This document shows, piece after piece, positions 1-9,007 of a stretch of DNA of 59,366 bases. Made by a program: the position numbers and the translations under genes. The stretch's first letter is position 1, and each line of letters opens with the position of its first letter. Under the pieces are notes generated by a model. It ran no database searches. It worked only from the letters and a program-made list of their open reading frames with translations, and was not told where the DNA came from. Origin of the DNA: a virus (Duplodnaviria > Caudoviricetes); the IMG/VR virus record IMGVR_UViG_3300046779_001979, positions 1 through 59,366 of that record; one strand, 5' to 3'.

Positions 1-792
1 GAAAGTAAGATTGGTTTCGATATCAATTCAGATATCTTAATCATTCAAAAAAGAATTGATAATCAAACACTTACATATGTAAAAGCGTTTGAAGGATTTA
101 AAGTATTCGATTTTGATGACCCTGTCCATAATAACCCTGGGTTTAGGGAAATGATGGAACATATTGATATCGTTACAACAGATACATTAGGTAGAAAAGA
201 ACATTTCGATTCATTGGGTACTGGTAAAGAATGTATCGTCATTGAAGATTGTTTGGATTATGGTATTGTCGATATTTTAGATACTCCTGAGGTATCCAAT
301 AAGATTGCATGGTTTGGTAACTATCCAAATGCACAATCAATACAATGGATGGTTCCTCACATCATTGAAACCCGTTTTGAATTGGATTTAATAACGGACG
401 CAAGAAATATAAATGTTCAACCTCCCATCATAAAAACTCAATGGGGATTAGATACATTCGTAGATGATTTAAGAAAATCTAATGTATGTGTTTTATCACA
501 TTTAGGTTCTGATGCTGGTGTTAAGAGTAATAACAAAATGATTGCATCAATTGCCTGTGGTGTTCCATGTATTGTAAACGCATCAAGAAGTTATGAGGAA
601 TTAGCCAAAGAATTTAATTTGGATTACGCAATTGCCAATGACCCAATATCTTTAAAAAATGCGTTGAACATTTTAAATAACATACATAATAGAAGAAGAT
701 ACCTTAAAGACATTCAACCATTCATATTGAATAGTTTGAGTACAAAGGTGATTACCGAGAAACTAATAAAACTTATCGAATCTTATGCATAA
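1..792 (+). CDS. Putative glycosyltransferase (GT-B-like), 5'-truncated by the window edge
   Basis: Frame is open from base 1 (ESKIGFDINSDILIIQKR...FDFDDP), so the true start is upstream of the tracked 151. IAWFG and KSNNKMIASIACGVPCIV resemble GT4-type C-terminal motifs. Confidence 0.6.
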   Translation, partial: ESKIGFDINSDILIIQKRIDNQTLTYVKAFEGFKVFDFDDPVHNNPGFREMMEHIDIVTTDTLGRKEHFDSLGTGKECIVIEDCLDYGIVDILDTPEVSNKIAWFGNYPNAQSIQWMVPHIIETRFELDLITDARNINVQPPIIKTQWGLDTFVDDLRKSNVCVLSHLGSDAGVKSNNKMIASIACGVPCIVNASRSYEELAKEFNLDYAIANDPISLKNALNILNNIHNRRRYLKDIQPFILNSLSTKVITEKLIKLIESYA

Positions 793-1300
793 AGAAGTCC
801 TACAAGAATTTAATAAATGGTATAAAAATAACCAAGAGCTAATAGATTCCAAACCAGTCGCTGAATTAGGTTCATATAACATTAACGGTACATTAAACGA
901 GAATATTCCACATATGGTAGGTTTCGATATATGTGAGGGTCCAAATGTAAATGTCGTTATTGAACCAGGAAGAATACCTGATGAACATAAGAACAAATAC
1001 AATTTCGTAATTTCAATTAGTTCATTTCAATTTTGTCCTGACTCGGAGATGTATAAAAATGAAATTTTAGATTTACTATGTGACGAAGGTTTGTTATTTT
1101 TAACTATGTGTTCACCTAAATGCCAATTAGGTCACACAACATCACCTAACAAATATAATTTTGAAGATTCAATAAGAATGACTCATGATGAAATAAAAAC
1201 TTTTTTTGGTAAAGACTTTGAAATATTAGAAGTTTACGATTTACCGATAATAGATTCTATGTCACATCACGATACAATAATAAAAGCAAAAAAGAAATGA
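785..1300 (+). CDS. Class I SAM-dependent methyltransferase
   Basis: VAELGSYNING motif I, GFDI motif II, YNFVISISSFQF, LLCDEGLLFLT. Confidence 0.65.
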   Translation: MHKEVLQEFNKWYKNNQELIDSKPVAELGSYNINGTLNENIPHMVGFDICEGPNVNVVIEPGRIPDEHKNKYNFVISISSFQFCPDSEMYKNEILDLLCDEGLLFLTMCSPKCQLGHTTSPNKYNFEDSIRMTHDEIKTFFGKDFEILEVYDLPIIDSMSHHDTIIKAKKK

Positions 1301-1872
1301 AAAGAACAGACATTATTAACCATTTGATTAAAAAAAATAACTACAATCGATATCTTGAGATTGGCGTTAGAGACCCTGAATCTAATTTAAATCTTATTGA
1401 TATTGAACATAAGGATGGTGTAGACCCAGCAGGTCGTTGCAACTTCCCAATTACATCCGATGAATTCTTCGAACAATTAAGTAAAGATGTAACTTATGAT
1501 ATTATTTTTATCGATGGTTTACATCTTGACTACCAAGTGGAGAAGGATATTTCAAACTCGTTAAATCATTTAAGTGAGGGTGGAACAATAGTTATGCACG
1601 ATTGTAGTCCAATTAAAGAAGAACATCAAGTAGAGGAGTATATTGTAGGTACAACATGGAACGGAACAACGTGGAAAGCTTATGTTAAATTTAGAATGAC
1701 AGATGAGAATCTTAATATGTGTGTTGTCGATACTGACCACGGTGTGGGTGTTATATCTAAAGGTAAACAAACACTTTATCCGAAATCTGATGTATTAGAT
1801 TTCAAATTATTAGATGAGAATAGAAAAGAAATATTAAATCTTATAACACCACAACAATTTTTAAATTTATGA
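1297..1872 (+). CDS. Class I SAM-dependent methyltransferase (Methyltransf_24-like)
   Basis: YLEIGV, YDIIFIDGLH, LSEGGTIVMHD motifs. Confidence 0.8.
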   Translation: MKRTDIINHLIKKNNYNRYLEIGVRDPESNLNLIDIEHKDGVDPAGRCNFPITSDEFFEQLSKDVTYDIIFIDGLHLDYQVEKDISNSLNHLSEGGTIVMHDCSPIKEEHQVEEYIVGTTWNGTTWKAYVKFRMTDENLNMCVVDTDHGVGVISKGKQTLYPKSDVLDFKLLDENRKEILNLITPQQFLNL

Positions 1873-2990
1873 TACAAGTATTCAAACCAATGATTGATAC
1901 CGAAAGAATCTTAAATGAATTAAGACCAATTCTTAATTCAGGATGGATTGGATTAGGTCCTAAGACAAAAGAGTTCGAAACAAAATTATCCGAGTATATC
2001 GGTTCAAAGTATTTCGTTGCATTGAATAGTGCAACCGCAGGATTACACTTGGCGGTTAAGTGTTTAAACTTACCTCCAAATTCTAAAATCATCACAACAT
2101 CAAATACATTTGTAAGTACCAATCATGCAATTATGTATGAAGGTCATATACCTGTGTTTTGTGATGTTGAAAGAATGACGGGTAATATATGTGCAGATTC
2201 AATCGAACAAGCACTTAAAGAAGATAATGAAATTAAAGCAATTATTGTTGTTCACATAGGTGGTTATAGTTGTGATATGATTCGTATCAACGAAATTGCA
2301 AAACAATATAACATACCTGTTATTGAAGATTGTGCACATGCTTTCGGTGGAATGTACAACGGTAAGATGATTGGTGATACCGATAACATTTGTGTATGGA
2401 GTTTCCAAGCAGTAAAGAACTTACCAGTTGGTGATGGAGGTGCAATCTCAACAAACAACGAAGAACTATACACTCGTTTAAATAAATTAAGATGGTTAGG
2501 TATCAATAAGGATACAGTATCAAGAAGTAACCTAAACACCGAAAAACCAACTTATAATTGGGATTATGATGTGGAGGAAGTCGGATACAAATACCATCTA
2601 ACTGATATCGCATCAACTATGGGTATTATTGGTTTAGAAAGTATCGATAAGAACAATACTCATCGTAGAAGAATTGCACAATATTATTTAGATAGCGTTC
2701 AAGGTGCAATGTTACCCGAATACAAAAGTGATAGAGTTTCTTCGTCACATTTCTTACCTTTATTCTTCGAGGATAGAGATGAGGTTTATGATTTGTTAAG
2801 AAACAATGGAGTTTACTGTGGTATGCACTATAAAAGAAACGATAAGTATGAACCATTCAAAGATTTCAAAAAAGTTGGTGGGTTGGTTAACGCCGATTGG
2901 TATGATAAACACGAATTAACATTACCATTACATTTAGGGTTAACAGATAATGATATCGAATCAATAATTAAAATCATAAACAATAGATAA
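1869..2990 (+). CDS. DegT/DnrJ/EryC1/StrS-family PLP-dependent sugar aminotransferase
   Basis: NSATAGLHLA, VIEDCAHAFG, SFQAVKNLPVGDGGAI (PLP lysine), LTLPLH. Confidence 0.93.
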   Translation: MIQVFKPMIDTERILNELRPILNSGWIGLGPKTKEFETKLSEYIGSKYFVALNSATAGLHLAVKCLNLPPNSKIITTSNTFVSTNHAIMYEGHIPVFCDVERMTGNICADSIEQALKEDNEIKAIIVVHIGGYSCDMIRINEIAKQYNIPVIEDCAHAFGGMYNGKMIGDTDNICVWSFQAVKNLPVGDGGAISTNNEELYTRLNKLRWLGINKDTVSRSNLNTEKPTYNWDYDVEEVGYKYHLTDIASTMGIIGLESIDKNNTHRRRIAQYYLDSVQGAMLPEYKSDRVSSSHFLPLFFEDRDEVYDLLRNNGVYCGMHYKRNDKYEPFKDFKKVGGLVNADWYDKHELTLPLHLGLTDNDIESIIKIINNR

Positions 2991-3835
2991 TGAACGTATT
3001 AGTAACAGGTGGTGCTGGATTTGTCGGTACCAATTTGATTAAAAGATTAGTTAATGAGGGACATAATGTAGTTTCTATTGACAATTATTTTACTGGTTTC
3101 GAATCAAATCATATAGAAGGTGCAACGTACTATAAACATGACATTAGAACTGTTAGAGATTATAGTGCATTTGGTAAGTTCGACGTTGTGTATCATTTAG
3201 CCGCAATTGCAAGAATACAACCATCATTCAATGACCCGATAAGTTATTTCGAAACGAATTCAAACGGTACGATGTCTGTAGCAAATTATTGTTCAAAACA
3301 TAATATACCTTTAATATATGCGGGTAGTAGTTCTCATCATAGTGGTAAATTTAAAAACCCATACACATTCAGTAAGGATGTGGGTGAGGAGATAATCAAA
3401 CTATTCCAACAACACTTCAATTTAAAAGCGACAGTTGCTCGTTTCTATAATGTATATGGTCCACATCATTTAAAGGAAGGTGGTTACTGTACATTGATTG
3501 GTAAGTGGGAAAAGTCTATCGAGGATGGTAATCCATTAACTATATATGGTGACGGAACAAAAAGAAGAGACTTTACACATATCGACGACATCGTGGATGG
3601 TTTAATTAGAATTAAAGTGTATGAGAAGTGGGGTCATATTTTTGAATTAGGTAGAGGTAAGAATTATTCGATTGAAGACATTGCAAAAATGTTTAAACAT
3701 GAATATGTCTTTACTGAAGATAAACCAGGTGAAGCGTTAGTTACATTATGTGATAGTTCAGAAGCTAAATTACATTTAGATTGGGACCCAACTAAAAACA
3801 TTGAAGATTACATCGTCGAATACTTGAGTAAATGA
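2990..3835 (+). CDS. NAD-dependent nucleotide-sugar epimerase/dehydratase (extended SDR)
   Basis: VLVTGGAGFVG, HLAA, YTFSK (YxxxK), RFYNVYGP, RDFTHIDD. Confidence 0.92.
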   Translation: MNVLVTGGAGFVGTNLIKRLVNEGHNVVSIDNYFTGFESNHIEGATYYKHDIRTVRDYSAFGKFDVVYHLAAIARIQPSFNDPISYFETNSNGTMSVANYCSKHNIPLIYAGSSSHHSGKFKNPYTFSKDVGEEIIKLFQQHFNLKATVARFYNVYGPHHLKEGGYCTLIGKWEKSIEDGNPLTIYGDGTKRRDFTHIDDIVDGLIRIKVYEKWGHIFELGRGKNYSIEDIAKMFKHEYVFTEDKPGEALVTLCDSSEAKLHLDWDPTKNIEDYIVEYLSK

Positions 3836-4800
3836 AAAAAATATTAGTATTAGGCGGTGGTGGTTTCATCGGAGGTCACTTATCAAAGAAATTAACGGGT
3901 GAAGGACATTTTGTACGTTCGGTCGATATTAAAAATCACGAATATTTTACAGACTTCTGTTCTGAATTTATATTAGGTGATTTAACGGATAAACATTTTG
4001 TTTTTGATGTTATGTGTTTACCCGACGGACATTTCGATGAGGTATACCAATTAGCCGCAGATATGGGTGGTGCTGGTTATATTTTTACAGGTGAGAACGA
4101 TGCAAACATTATGTACAACTCATCTATGATAAATTTAAATGTGTTAGATATTGCAATAAGAACAGGTGTCAAAAAAATATTTTTTTCATCTTCCGCTTGT
4201 GTTTATCCCGAACATAATCAATTAGACCCAGAAAATCCTAATTGTGTGGAGTCATCGGCATATCCCGCAAACCCAGATTCAGAATATGGATGGGAAAAAT
4301 TGTTTAGTGAACGTCTTTATTTATCTTATCATAAGAATTATAATTTAGATGTTAGAATTGCAAGATTTCATAACATCTTTGGTCCATATGGAACATATAA
4401 AGGTGGAAAGGAAAAGGCACCTGCTGCAATCTGTAGAAAAGTTGTGGAATGTATAGAAGGTGGTGAGATTGAAGTGTGGGGTGATGGTAAACAAACTCGT
4501 TCATTCTTATACATCGATGAATGTTTAGAGGGTATTAGTCGTTTAATGGATTCAAATTTCACAGGCCCTGTTAACATAGGCAGTGAAGAAATGATATCTA
4601 TAAATGATATGACTCAATGGGTGATTGATATTAGTGGTAAGATGATTGAGATTAAAAATATATTAGGCCCAACTGGAGTTAGAGGTAGAAATAGTAATAA
4701 TAAATTGATTAAAGAAAAGATAGATTGGGAACCCACTAAACCGTTATATAATGGTTTAATTTCAACCTATCATTGGATTAAACAAGAATTAAAAAAGTAA
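3832..4800 (+). CDS. GDP-mannose 3,5-epimerase-like extended SDR
   Basis: GGGGFIG, QLAADMGGAGYI, SSSACVYP, YGWEKLFSE, GGKEKAPAAICRK, GVRGRNS are characteristic of the GME subfamily. Confidence 0.88.
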   Translation: MKKILVLGGGGFIGGHLSKKLTGEGHFVRSVDIKNHEYFTDFCSEFILGDLTDKHFVFDVMCLPDGHFDEVYQLAADMGGAGYIFTGENDANIMYNSSMINLNVLDIAIRTGVKKIFFSSSACVYPEHNQLDPENPNCVESSAYPANPDSEYGWEKLFSERLYLSYHKNYNLDVRIARFHNIFGPYGTYKGGKEKAPAAICRKVVECIEGGEIEVWGDGKQTRSFLYIDECLEGISRLMDSNFTGPVNIGSEEMISINDMTQWVIDISGKMIEIKNILGPTGVRGRNSNNKLIKEKIDWEPTKPLYNGLISTYHWIKQELKK

Positions 4801-5906
4801 TGAATATAACATTTGTATTGGCGGTTTATAACAAATTAAATCTAACAAAAGATTGTTATAGATATCTTCGTGATTTATATCCAACTGCTCCGTTAGTTAT
4901 TAGTAGCGGTGGTTCAAGTGATGGGACAAAAGAATGGTTAGAATCATTAGAAGATGAGAATCTTTCTTTTATTCACGATGATGATAGATTAACATTCTCT
5001 GAAACATATAACGCAGGTATTAAATTAGTCGATACTGAGAAATTAGTATTGATACATAACGATATGGTAATCGGTGAAGGGTTCTTAGAAGCAATCGAAA
5101 GATTACTTACACCGAATATGTTATTATCTTATACAACTATTGAACCTCCAATTTTTGCGGGTCATAAAAGACCAGGTAAAGTATTATTAGATTTAGGTTC
5201 TTCCTTTTTAAATTTCAATAAATTTCACTTTGACAATTATGTTCAACAATGGAAAGACAAAGACACTTTATACGATGGTGCTGTGTTCTTTATGAGTGGT
5301 TATAAAAAAATGTTTGAGGATGTTGGTGGGTTCGATGGGTTTAGTTTTTCACCTTGTTTTTGTGAGGATGATGACTTTTTAATTCGTGCGAAACTAAAAG
5401 GGTACGAACTAAAAACTTGTGAATCGGCAATAACTTATCATTTTGTTTCGCAGACATCTCGTTTTAGTGATGATATGAAAAATAATCGTCAGGTGATTGA
5501 AATGTCATCCAATAGAAACTTCGTTAGAAAATGGGGTATCCCAATTATGTCATTTAATGAACTAAGATATTGGGAGGACAAGGAATTCAAATTCAATACA
5601 TTTACAATGGGTTTATCAACAAATAATGCAAATAGGTTATTTGAATTGGAACCATTCTTTGATAAAATCAATTTAGGACGTATTCCTGAGGATTATATTG
5701 AGAATGAACAGAAGAACACCAGATATGATTTAAGGTCGAAATTTACCCTTACAGATACCGTTGACGTGATGATTTATGAAACATCTCCTTTTACAGATGA
5801 AGATGTATATCTTTTATATACTTTAAGATTATCGATACCGCATTATGAACCTGGTGAGTATCAAATTGGTAATATGATGATAGAAATAAGAAAGGGACTT
5901 AGTTAG
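4800..5906 (+). CDS. Glycosyltransferase family 2 with C-terminal extension
   Basis: FVLAVYN, LIHNDMV, VGGFD...FCEDDDFLIRA, YHFVS. Confidence 0.85.
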   Translation: MNITFVLAVYNKLNLTKDCYRYLRDLYPTAPLVISSGGSSDGTKEWLESLEDENLSFIHDDDRLTFSETYNAGIKLVDTEKLVLIHNDMVIGEGFLEAIERLLTPNMLLSYTTIEPPIFAGHKRPGKVLLDLGSSFLNFNKFHFDNYVQQWKDKDTLYDGAVFFMSGYKKMFEDVGGFDGFSFSPCFCEDDDFLIRAKLKGYELKTCESAITYHFVSQTSRFSDDMKNNRQVIEMSSNRNFVRKWGIPIMSFNELRYWEDKEFKFNTFTMGLSTNNANRLFELEPFFDKINLGRIPEDYIENEQKNTRYDLRSKFTLTDTVDVMIYETSPFTDEDVYLLYTLRLSIPHYEPGEYQIGNMMIEIRKGLS

Positions 5907-5917
5907 TCCCTTTTTTT
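5891..5917. terminator. Probable bidirectional intrinsic terminator at the convergent gene junction
   Basis: Inverted repeat AAAGGGACT-tagtt-AGTCCCTTT running into a T7 tract on +, with a T-rich tail on -. It overlaps the stop codons of both convergent genes. Confidence 0.7.
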
Positions 5918-6360
5918 ATTAGTTTAAATAACACTTGATAGTTATCTTTCGTTTCTCCAATATTTTTTAAATCGTCTTTGGTGATATCAGGATATTCAAT
6001 TTCCTTTTCAACCATCATAAGTTTACTCATTTCTTCGTCGAATTCAATGTACTTTGGATTTAACTTCTTTGAAATAATTTTACCTTCATCATCCTTATCG
6101 ATTAGCCACATTTCTAATTTAGTACCTCTATCATCTTGGACTCCGTACTTTAAAATAAGTTCATCTTTAATTGATTCAATTTTTGATTTTTCTTTTTCTA
6201 AAAATTCACTTAAATCGGTTAATTCATATTTTAATAATACTGAAATTTTTTGATTTAAAAATCCTTCGTATATTACCGAACCGTTCTCTTTATTAAGTAA
6301 CCCATTTATTTCGTCACCTAATTGTCTTATTTCTCCTAAAGTTAATGTTTTCTTATTCAT
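5899..6360 (-). CDS. Hypothetical phage protein (charged, helical)
   Basis: 153-aa ORF with its own promoter-like element; no catalytic motif recognised. Confidence 0.6.
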   Translation of the reverse strand: MNKKTLTLGEIRQLGDEINGLLNKENGSVIYEGFLNQKISVLLKYELTDLSEFLEKEKSKIESIKDELILKYGVQDDRGTKLEMWLIDKDDEGKIISKKLNPKYIEFDEEMSKLMMVEKEIEYPDITKDDLKNIGETKDNYQVLFKLIKKGTN

Positions 6361-6366
6361 AGTTTA

Positions 6367-6395
6367 ATTATAATGAATTTTGATTAAAAAATAAA
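6367..6395 (-). promoter_or_regulatory. Sigma70-like promoter, near-leaderless
   Basis: TTTATT-N17-TATAAT, 6 nt before the ATG at 6360. Confidence 0.4.
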
Positions 6396-6397
6396 GA

Positions 6398-7093
6398 CTA
6401 AGGTTTCATATTTGTTGATACTAAATAATAGTTTCCAGTGGCATATCCAGAGGAACCATCATTAAATCCTAAATCAGTTAAACTGTATGGGTAGGTTGGT
6501 ACACCGTACCCACCAAGTAAACCATATGCCGGATAATCACCATTTGGTTCACTAAATGTAGTATTTCGTAACCACCATCTTCCACCATCTTTTACTCTAT
6601 GGGCGGAAGAACCTGACCCGTACCACGTTGACCTCATAATAACACCAGTGTAATTACCTGGAGTTGTTGTATATACACCATAAACCGTGTTAAAATAATC
6701 TAAATATGCACCTGATGGTCTAGCATTGTTAACCGCATTTGACATAGCCCTCCAATGATATGGACTTCTCGGCATAACTAAATCTAAACCTAAAGATGTT
6801 CCACCGTTTGTTACGTTAACATAGTTAACAGATGGTCCTCCGGTTATGAAATAAAAATCATACCCACCACCCTCTTCTGTCATGTCAACATACATTTGCA
6901 ACGCATTCGGCATAGAGTCCGATTTAATCCAATACCAACCTGTTGGTTTACTCGGATAATTTAATTTTAAATCCCATCCTGACTTTGCAGGATTTGAACT
7001 TGAGCTACCGTCACCGATGTTATATCTTTTGCCATAACCATCGTAATTGATTGTCGATACTTGTAAAATATTTCCTCCTATATCATGTCCCAT
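6398..7093 (-). CDS. Fibrinogen-related-like putative virion adhesin
   Basis: NPAKSGWDLK...PTGWYWIK...YVDMTEEGGGY resembles the start of fibrinogen C-terminal domains; rich in G/Y/W; last gene of fibre cassette 1. Confidence 0.55.
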   Translation of the reverse strand: MGHDIGGNILQVSTINYDGYGKRYNIGDGSSSSNPAKSGWDLKLNYPSKPTGWYWIKSDSMPNALQMYVDMTEEGGGYDFYFITGGPSVNYVNVTNGGTSLGLDLVMPRSPYHWRAMSNAVNNARPSGAYLDYFNTVYGVYTTTPGNYTGVIMRSTWYGSGSSAHRVKDGGRWWLRNTTFSEPNGDYPAYGLLGGYGVPTYPYSLTDLGFNDGSSGYATGNYYLVSTNMKP

Positions 7094-7104
7094 AATAATA
7101 AATA

Positions 7105-7920
7105 TTAAAGTCCGAATCTACCTCTTTCCGAATTATAATTTTGTAGAACTTCAGCCGCAGATAATCCTCTGTTATATATTCTAGCAATACTAATATGACC
7201 ATTAAAATTATGAACACCATCCGTTAATGCACCACCATATGTTCCAACAACATATGTGGCATCGGGTATTGTTCCTGATTGTGCGGTCGAATAAATCTCA
7301 ACACCATTAAGATATGCTTTCATAGTTGACCCGTCATATGTACCCATTAAATGAGACCAGGAATTATTTGGTATATTTCCGTTCCAATTGTATAATCTAT
7401 TAACTGAAGTTTGATTCGCCCAGTGCATGGCAAAAGTGTTACCACCGTCTATTGAATCGATAATACCCAAATACATTGTGTTTGTTGCGGATACGCCAGC
7501 ACCTCTTACAGTACCCGTTCCAACGGATGCTTTGGTCGGTTTAATCCAACATTCACAACTAATTTGTGATGTTGGTTTTGTGTTAAAATTGTTAATCGTT
7601 ACATAATCATTTACACCATCGAAAACAATTGCACCACCATTATTGTAAGAAAAAGTAGGGCCGTTTGTAAAAGCACCTCTACAATATGATGGAGATAAAT
7701 CGTTCCATTGTGAATTACAGTTTGTACATGCAGGTGCTGAAGAATAATATTGACATCCATATCCACAATCATAATAGTTAACATCATAGTATGATTGACT
7801 ACGTCCCGCATCTAACCACAAAACAATACCATTTACAACGGGTTTCGGGTAGTTTTGAATAATTCCACCACTATTTGTTAATGACGACGATAATGAATTT
7901 CCGTTTATGTTTAATGTCAT
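7105..7920 (-). CDS. LamG/concanavalin-A-like lectin-domain protein with Cys/Tyr insert
   Basis: GIVLWLDAG, FDGVNDYV, WSHLMGTYDG, IARIYNRGLSAAEVLQNY; insert YYDCGYGCQYYSSAPACTNC. Confidence 0.85.
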   Translation of the reverse strand: MTLNINGNSLSSSLTNSGGIIQNYPKPVVNGIVLWLDAGRSQSYYDVNYYDCGYGCQYYSSAPACTNCNSQWNDLSPSYCRGAFTNGPTFSYNNGGAIVFDGVNDYVTINNFNTKPTSQISCECWIKPTKASVGTGTVRGAGVSATNTMYLGIIDSIDGGNTFAMHWANQTSVNRLYNWNGNIPNNSWSHLMGTYDGSTMKAYLNGVEIYSTAQSGTIPDATYVVGTYGGALTDGVHNFNGHISIARIYNRGLSAAEVLQNYNSERGRFGL

Positions 7921-7932
7921 AATTTTTATTTT

Positions 7933-9006
7933 TTATACTCCAAATCTACCTCTTTCAGTTTCGAAGTTTTGTGCAATTTCATATCTTTCCAATACTCTAT
8001 TATATCCTCTTGCAACCGCAATTCTTCCATTCGCAACAGATGATGCCAAACTATAAATTGCACCTATATTAAATTGTCCCGAACCGGTATATTGAGTTTC
8101 AACAGACGCGGGTGCGGTTTGTTTTATACAATTTGCAAAAAATTGTTTTCTATAAGTGGTACCATCATAAGTGAACACCCAATGATACCAAGTATTTGCG
8201 GATGGTCTATAGTTATTTTGATAATCGTTATCGTTAGCATACATTCCAAATATCATACCTCTTGAACCATCTTGATATAATATATGTAAACCTTGTCCAG
8301 TTCCATAAACACCCTGTCCAAATATCCCAAATGATGATGTACTTGACATATAACACCATGCTTCCAATGTAAAACCGTTTGTCAATGTCATAGAACCGAT
8401 ACTAGCGTGACCTGTACTACCATTCATTGTAATTGAACCTCCGTTACTTGAATTATATCCACTTGAATTTAATGTGAAATTATTACCATTGTTAGATAAA
8501 TCCATCCAAACTGGACTAAAATCATATGTAACTGTACCTACAATATATGTACCACTATCAGAACAGTTGTCTGAAGCATATTTTATAATAGTATATTCAG
8601 CACCACTAACATCAACTAAAATAATTCTTGAACTTCTTGGGTGGTGACTAACAACTGCAGAACCTTCAACATATCTCCAATATCTATGAGCACCAACAGA
8701 AGCTGAACCTGTTCCCGAACCTGTTTGGAATCCACATGATGTATTGTTTGACATTACTCCTGTAAATGCGGTAGTCCAACTTGCATTATCGTCACTATAT
8801 TGTACCGTATAATTAGAACTTCTTAATCCACCTCCATAAACAGAATAAATTTTTGCACCCGTAATGATTGGTGTGGTATTATATGAATCTCTGTCGGCAG
8901 TGTCAACTTCAAACATTAAACCATCAGTAATAGTTTTCTTTATAAAAATACCACTACTTGTAATGTCAGTACTACCTATCGCATTTCCACTTAAATCAAA
9001 CGGCAT
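7933..9006 (-). CDS. LamG-like protein with an inserted discoidin/F5-8-like segment
   Basis: Start placed at MPFDLSGN (9006), matching paralogue N-termini and avoiding overlap with the fibre gene. YTVQYSDDNASWT and HRYWRY insert; WYHWVFTYDG, YNRVL...RGRFGV. Confidence 0.78.
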   Translation of the reverse strand: MPFDLSGNAIGSTDITSSGIFIKKTITDGLMFEVDTADRDSYNTTPIITGAKIYSVYGGGLRSSNYTVQYSDDNASWTTAFTGVMSNNTSCGFQTGSGTGSASVGAHRYWRYVEGSAVVSHHPRSSRIILVDVSGAEYTIIKYASDNCSDSGTYIVGTVTYDFSPVWMDLSNNGNNFTLNSSGYNSSNGGSITMNGSTGHASIGSMTLTNGFTLEAWCYMSSTSSFGIFGQGVYGTGQGLHILYQDGSRGMIFGMYANDNDYQNNYRPSANTWYHWVFTYDGTTYRKQFFANCIKQTAPASVETQYTGSGQFNIGAIYSLASSVANGRIAVARGYNRVLERYEIAQNFETERGRFGV

Positions 9007-9007
9007 A

